From: Candidatus Limnocylindrales bacterium
GTDB lineage: Bacteria; Moduliflexota; Moduliflexia; Moduliflexales; JAUQPW01
Direction of reading: 5' to 3'
DNA: 52,166 bases
Assembly: GCA_035559535.1 (NCBI GenBank)
Contig: DATMBG010000011.1
Location: 1 to 52,166 of the forward strand
Part shown: positions 49,551-52,166 of the stretch, one piece after another
Position numbering within the stretch: the first letter of the stretch is position 1
How the letters are laid out: every line of letters begins with the position of its first letter
Notes under the pieces: model-generated
Seen by the model: the letters and a program-made list of their open reading frames with translations, nothing else
Told to the model about the DNA's origin: nothing
Databases searched by the model: none
Program-made: the position numbers and the translations under genes

Positions 49551-52076
49551 ATGAGCCTATCTACCTCTAAAATACAAAACTTATTGGGAGTTTTCTTCAC
49601 TTCACTGGCCATTTTAATGCTGGAACTGGCACTCACCCGGATCTTTTCCGTAACCATGTGGTATCATTTTGCCTTCATGTCTATCTCCATAGCCATGTTT
49701 GGACTGGGGTTAAGTGGCATCTATATTTACCTTTTTCCCCACCAGTTTAAACCCCATAACGCAGAGAAACATCTTGTACTTTTCTCCCTATTTTTTTCCC
49801 TTTCCATATTTGTTTCTCTTATCGTGCAGTTACAAATCCCCTTTACTCCCGAACTTTCTCTGGAAGGGTTTATAACGGTGGGAGCCACGTATCTGGTTAC
49901 CTCCATTCCTTTCTTCCTGGGAGGACTTACCCTTTCTCTGGCGTTATTCCACTATCGTCACCTGGTAAGTATCCTCTATTTTTCCGATCTCCTGGGAGCC
50001 GGTATCGGTTGTATCCTTTTGATTCCTACCCTTAATCTACTGGGCGGGCCCAACGCCGTCCTGGCCATTGCCATTCTGGCCATGGTAGGAACGCTTTTTT
50101 TTAATTCGGCCTTAAGAAATAAAGAACGGTGGACAAGGGAAGATGAGCAAAAATCGGCAGAAGTAGGCGGCCCGGTATCCCTGCGGTCTATGCCTTCTTA
50201 TCCATTATCTACGGTTCTCTCAAGCTCCAGACTCTTTACTTTCTCCGGTCTTTTGCTCGCCCTCTTGATAACTACCCTCCTGGCCAACCTTCAAAATGAC
50301 TTTGTAAGGGTCCGTTTTTCTAAAGGGACAACCCTTCAGGAAGAAGGATTTTTATACAAAAAATGGAATGCTTTCTCCCTGATCTCGGTCACCAGGGAGT
50401 ATGATGAAGGGCCCTTTGGATGGGGTTTGAGCGAGAAAGCCTACGAAGGGAACGATCCCGAAGAGTTGATGATGTATATCGATGAAGCGGCCGGAACACC
50501 TATCACGCGGTTTGATGGGGATTTAGAAAAAGTAAACTACCTAAAATACGATGTAACGGCCCTGGCCCATTATCTTAAAAAAGATGCTGATATTTTGATC
50601 ATAGGACCCGGCGGCGGACGGGACATTTTGACTGCTCTGGTCTTCAGACAAAAAAAAATTACCGGAGTTGAAGTGAATCCCGTGATCATTCAGACTGTTA
50701 ATGAAGTATTTGGGGATTTTACCCATCACCTGTATGACTATCCCGGAGTCAACATTGTCATGGACGAAGGGCGGAGCTACATTGCCCGAACCAACGAACT
50801 TTACGATATTATCCAGGCTTCTCTGATCGATACCTGGGCGGCCACCACGGCCGGGGCCTTTATCTTAACAGAAAACAACTTATATACCCAGGAGGCTTTT
50901 TTAAACTACTTCCACCATCTTAAAGAAGACGGCATTTTAACCATGTCCCGGTGGTTTTTTGAAGGTCTTCCTGCCGAAAGTCTCCGACTTTCAGCTCTCG
51001 GACTCGAGGCCTGGCAGAAGGCCGGAGTCCAACATCCCGAACAACATATGATTATCATCAAAAAAACAACCTGGAAAGCCTTCGGCCCCAACGGAGTTGC
51101 AACCCTTTTGATGAAGAAGCAGCCTTTCACCACCGAGGAAATCCAAACCCTCCTGGAAGTAAGCCGGCAACTCGGATTCGAGGTCATTTATACACCGGGG
51201 TCTCCCCAGGACCCCTACTTTGCCCAACTGACCGGCTCAGCCGATCGATCTGCTTTTTACGAAAATTTCCTTCTGGATATCTCCCCACCGACCGATAATA
51301 AACCCTTCTTCTTTCACATGATGCGTTTCAGTGACTTTTTCAATAAAAACATCCCTCCTGAAATCATAAACATGAATTTTCGGGCCGTTTCTGTACTCGG
51401 AATCCTCTTTCTCGTGGTTACAAGCCTGGTCATTGTTTTTATTCTGGGACCCTTATGGATTTTTAGCAGGGATGGAATTTCGGCCCATTCGTATGCCCAA
51501 ACGCCGGAAACCATTTCCTTCCTGGTCTACTTCTCCTGCCTGGGCCTGGGATTTATATTGGTAGAAATCCCTTTGATCCAGAGATTTATTCTTTTTTTAG
51601 GCCATCCTATTTACGCCCTTTCGGTTATTCTTTTCTCTCTTCTCCTGTTCAGTGGAGTAGGCAGTTATCTTACCACGTTTATTCCTCCCACCCAGACGAA
51701 AAAATATCTCTTGAAGATCCTGCCGATACTGGGTCTTCTTCTGGTCTTCTATATTTTTTATCTTCCCCATTTGATCAATGCCCTTCTGGCCATTAAGACC
51801 GGTTATAAAATTCTCTTGACCGTTCTGCTTTTATTACCTCTGGGACTGCTCATGGGAATGCCCCTTCCCTTAGGGATCAAGCTGGTAGATACCTATGCCA
51901 GTACCTTAATTCCATGGGTCTGGGGAGTTAATGGGGCCACTTCGGTCTTAGCCTCGGTTTTGGCTATGGTATTGGCCATTACCCTGGGGTTTTCTGCAGC
52001 TTTAATCGGTGGTCAGATTGCTTATTTAACCGCCATCATTCCCATATATTTTTTATCTGCAAAGAACGATACATAA
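49551..52076 (+). CDS. Membrane-fused spermidine synthase-like / class I SAM-dependent transferase
   Basis: LELALTR, LYFSDLLGA TM region; IIGPGGGRD, VEVNP, DEGR, ENNLYT, PTDNKPF; C-terminal TMs with WGVNG. Confidence 0.88.
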   Translation: MSLSTSKIQNLLGVFFTSLAILMLELALTRIFSVTMWYHFAFMSISIAMFGLGLSGIYIYLFPHQFKPHNAEKHLVLFSLFFSLSIFVSLIVQLQIPFTPELSLEGFITVGATYLVTSIPFFLGGLTLSLALFHYRHLVSILYFSDLLGAGIGCILLIPTLNLLGGPNAVLAIAILAMVGTLFFNSALRNKERWTREDEQKSAEVGGPVSLRSMPSYPLSTVLSSSRLFTFSGLLLALLITTLLANLQNDFVRVRFSKGTTLQEEGFLYKKWNAFSLISVTREYDEGPFGWGLSEKAYEGNDPEELMMYIDEAAGTPITRFDGDLEKVNYLKYDVTALAHYLKKDADILIIGPGGGRDILTALVFRQKKITGVEVNPVIIQTVNEVFGDFTHHLYDYPGVNIVMDEGRSYIARTNELYDIIQASLIDTWAATTAGAFILTENNLYTQEAFLNYFHHLKEDGILTMSRWFFEGLPAESLRLSALGLEAWQKAGVQHPEQHMIIIKKTTWKAFGPNGVATLLMKKQPFTTEEIQTLLEVSRQLGFEVIYTPGSPQDPYFAQLTGSADRSAFYENFLLDISPPTDNKPFFFHMMRFSDFFNKNIPPEIINMNFRAVSVLGILFLVVTSLVIVFILGPLWIFSRDGISAHSYAQTPETISFLVYFSCLGLGFILVEIPLIQRFILFLGHPIYALSVILFSLLLFSGVGSYLTTFIPPTQTKKYLLKILPILGLLLVFYIFYLPHLINALLAIKTGYKILLTVLLLLPLGLLMGMPLPLGIKLVDTYASTLIPWVWGVNGATSVLASVLAMVLAITLGFSAALIGGQIAYLTAIIPIYFLSAKNDT

Positions 52077-52104
52077 TACCCTTTCTACGTTGAAACCTCG
52101 CATA

Positions 52105-52166
52105 CCTCACCCCCATCCCCCCCCCTCTAACCCCCCAGTTTCCCCTCTCCGTAGGGGCGGGAGGCC
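52105..52166. repeat. C/G-rich REP-like element, truncated at window end
   Basis: cctcacccccatcccc..ctaacccccc..cccctctccgtagggg. Confidence 0.55.

Overview
Bacterial chromosomal window of about 52 kb, moderate GC, mostly housekeeping and accessory metabolism on the minus strand. It holds peptide, sugar and branched-chain-type ABC transporters, two hybrid histidine kinases, a diguanylate cyclase, ilvD, allantoinase/allantoin racemase, and MoxR-DUF58. There is one tRNA-Asn(GTT), with a decayed large serine recombinase reading into its 3' end. Highlights: (1) a pspA/IM30 (ESCRT-III-like) gene, split by a 1-nt frameshift, directly upstream of a classical-clade AAA+ ATPase and apparently co-transcribed with a kinase and diguanylate cyclase; (2) a 1.27-kb ORF-free gap containing a sigma54 promoter, an enhancer-like palindrome and a hairpin transcript, a candidate sigma54 sRNA; (3) a MITE with terminal inverted repeats and a 9-bp target duplication, whose palindromic core has compensatory changes and a flipped spacer in a second copy; (4) a doxX relic marking an old duplication; (5) several families of REP-like and 7/8-mer intergenic repeats. 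No CRISPR array or rRNA seen. Product calls come from motif recognition only; no searches were run.
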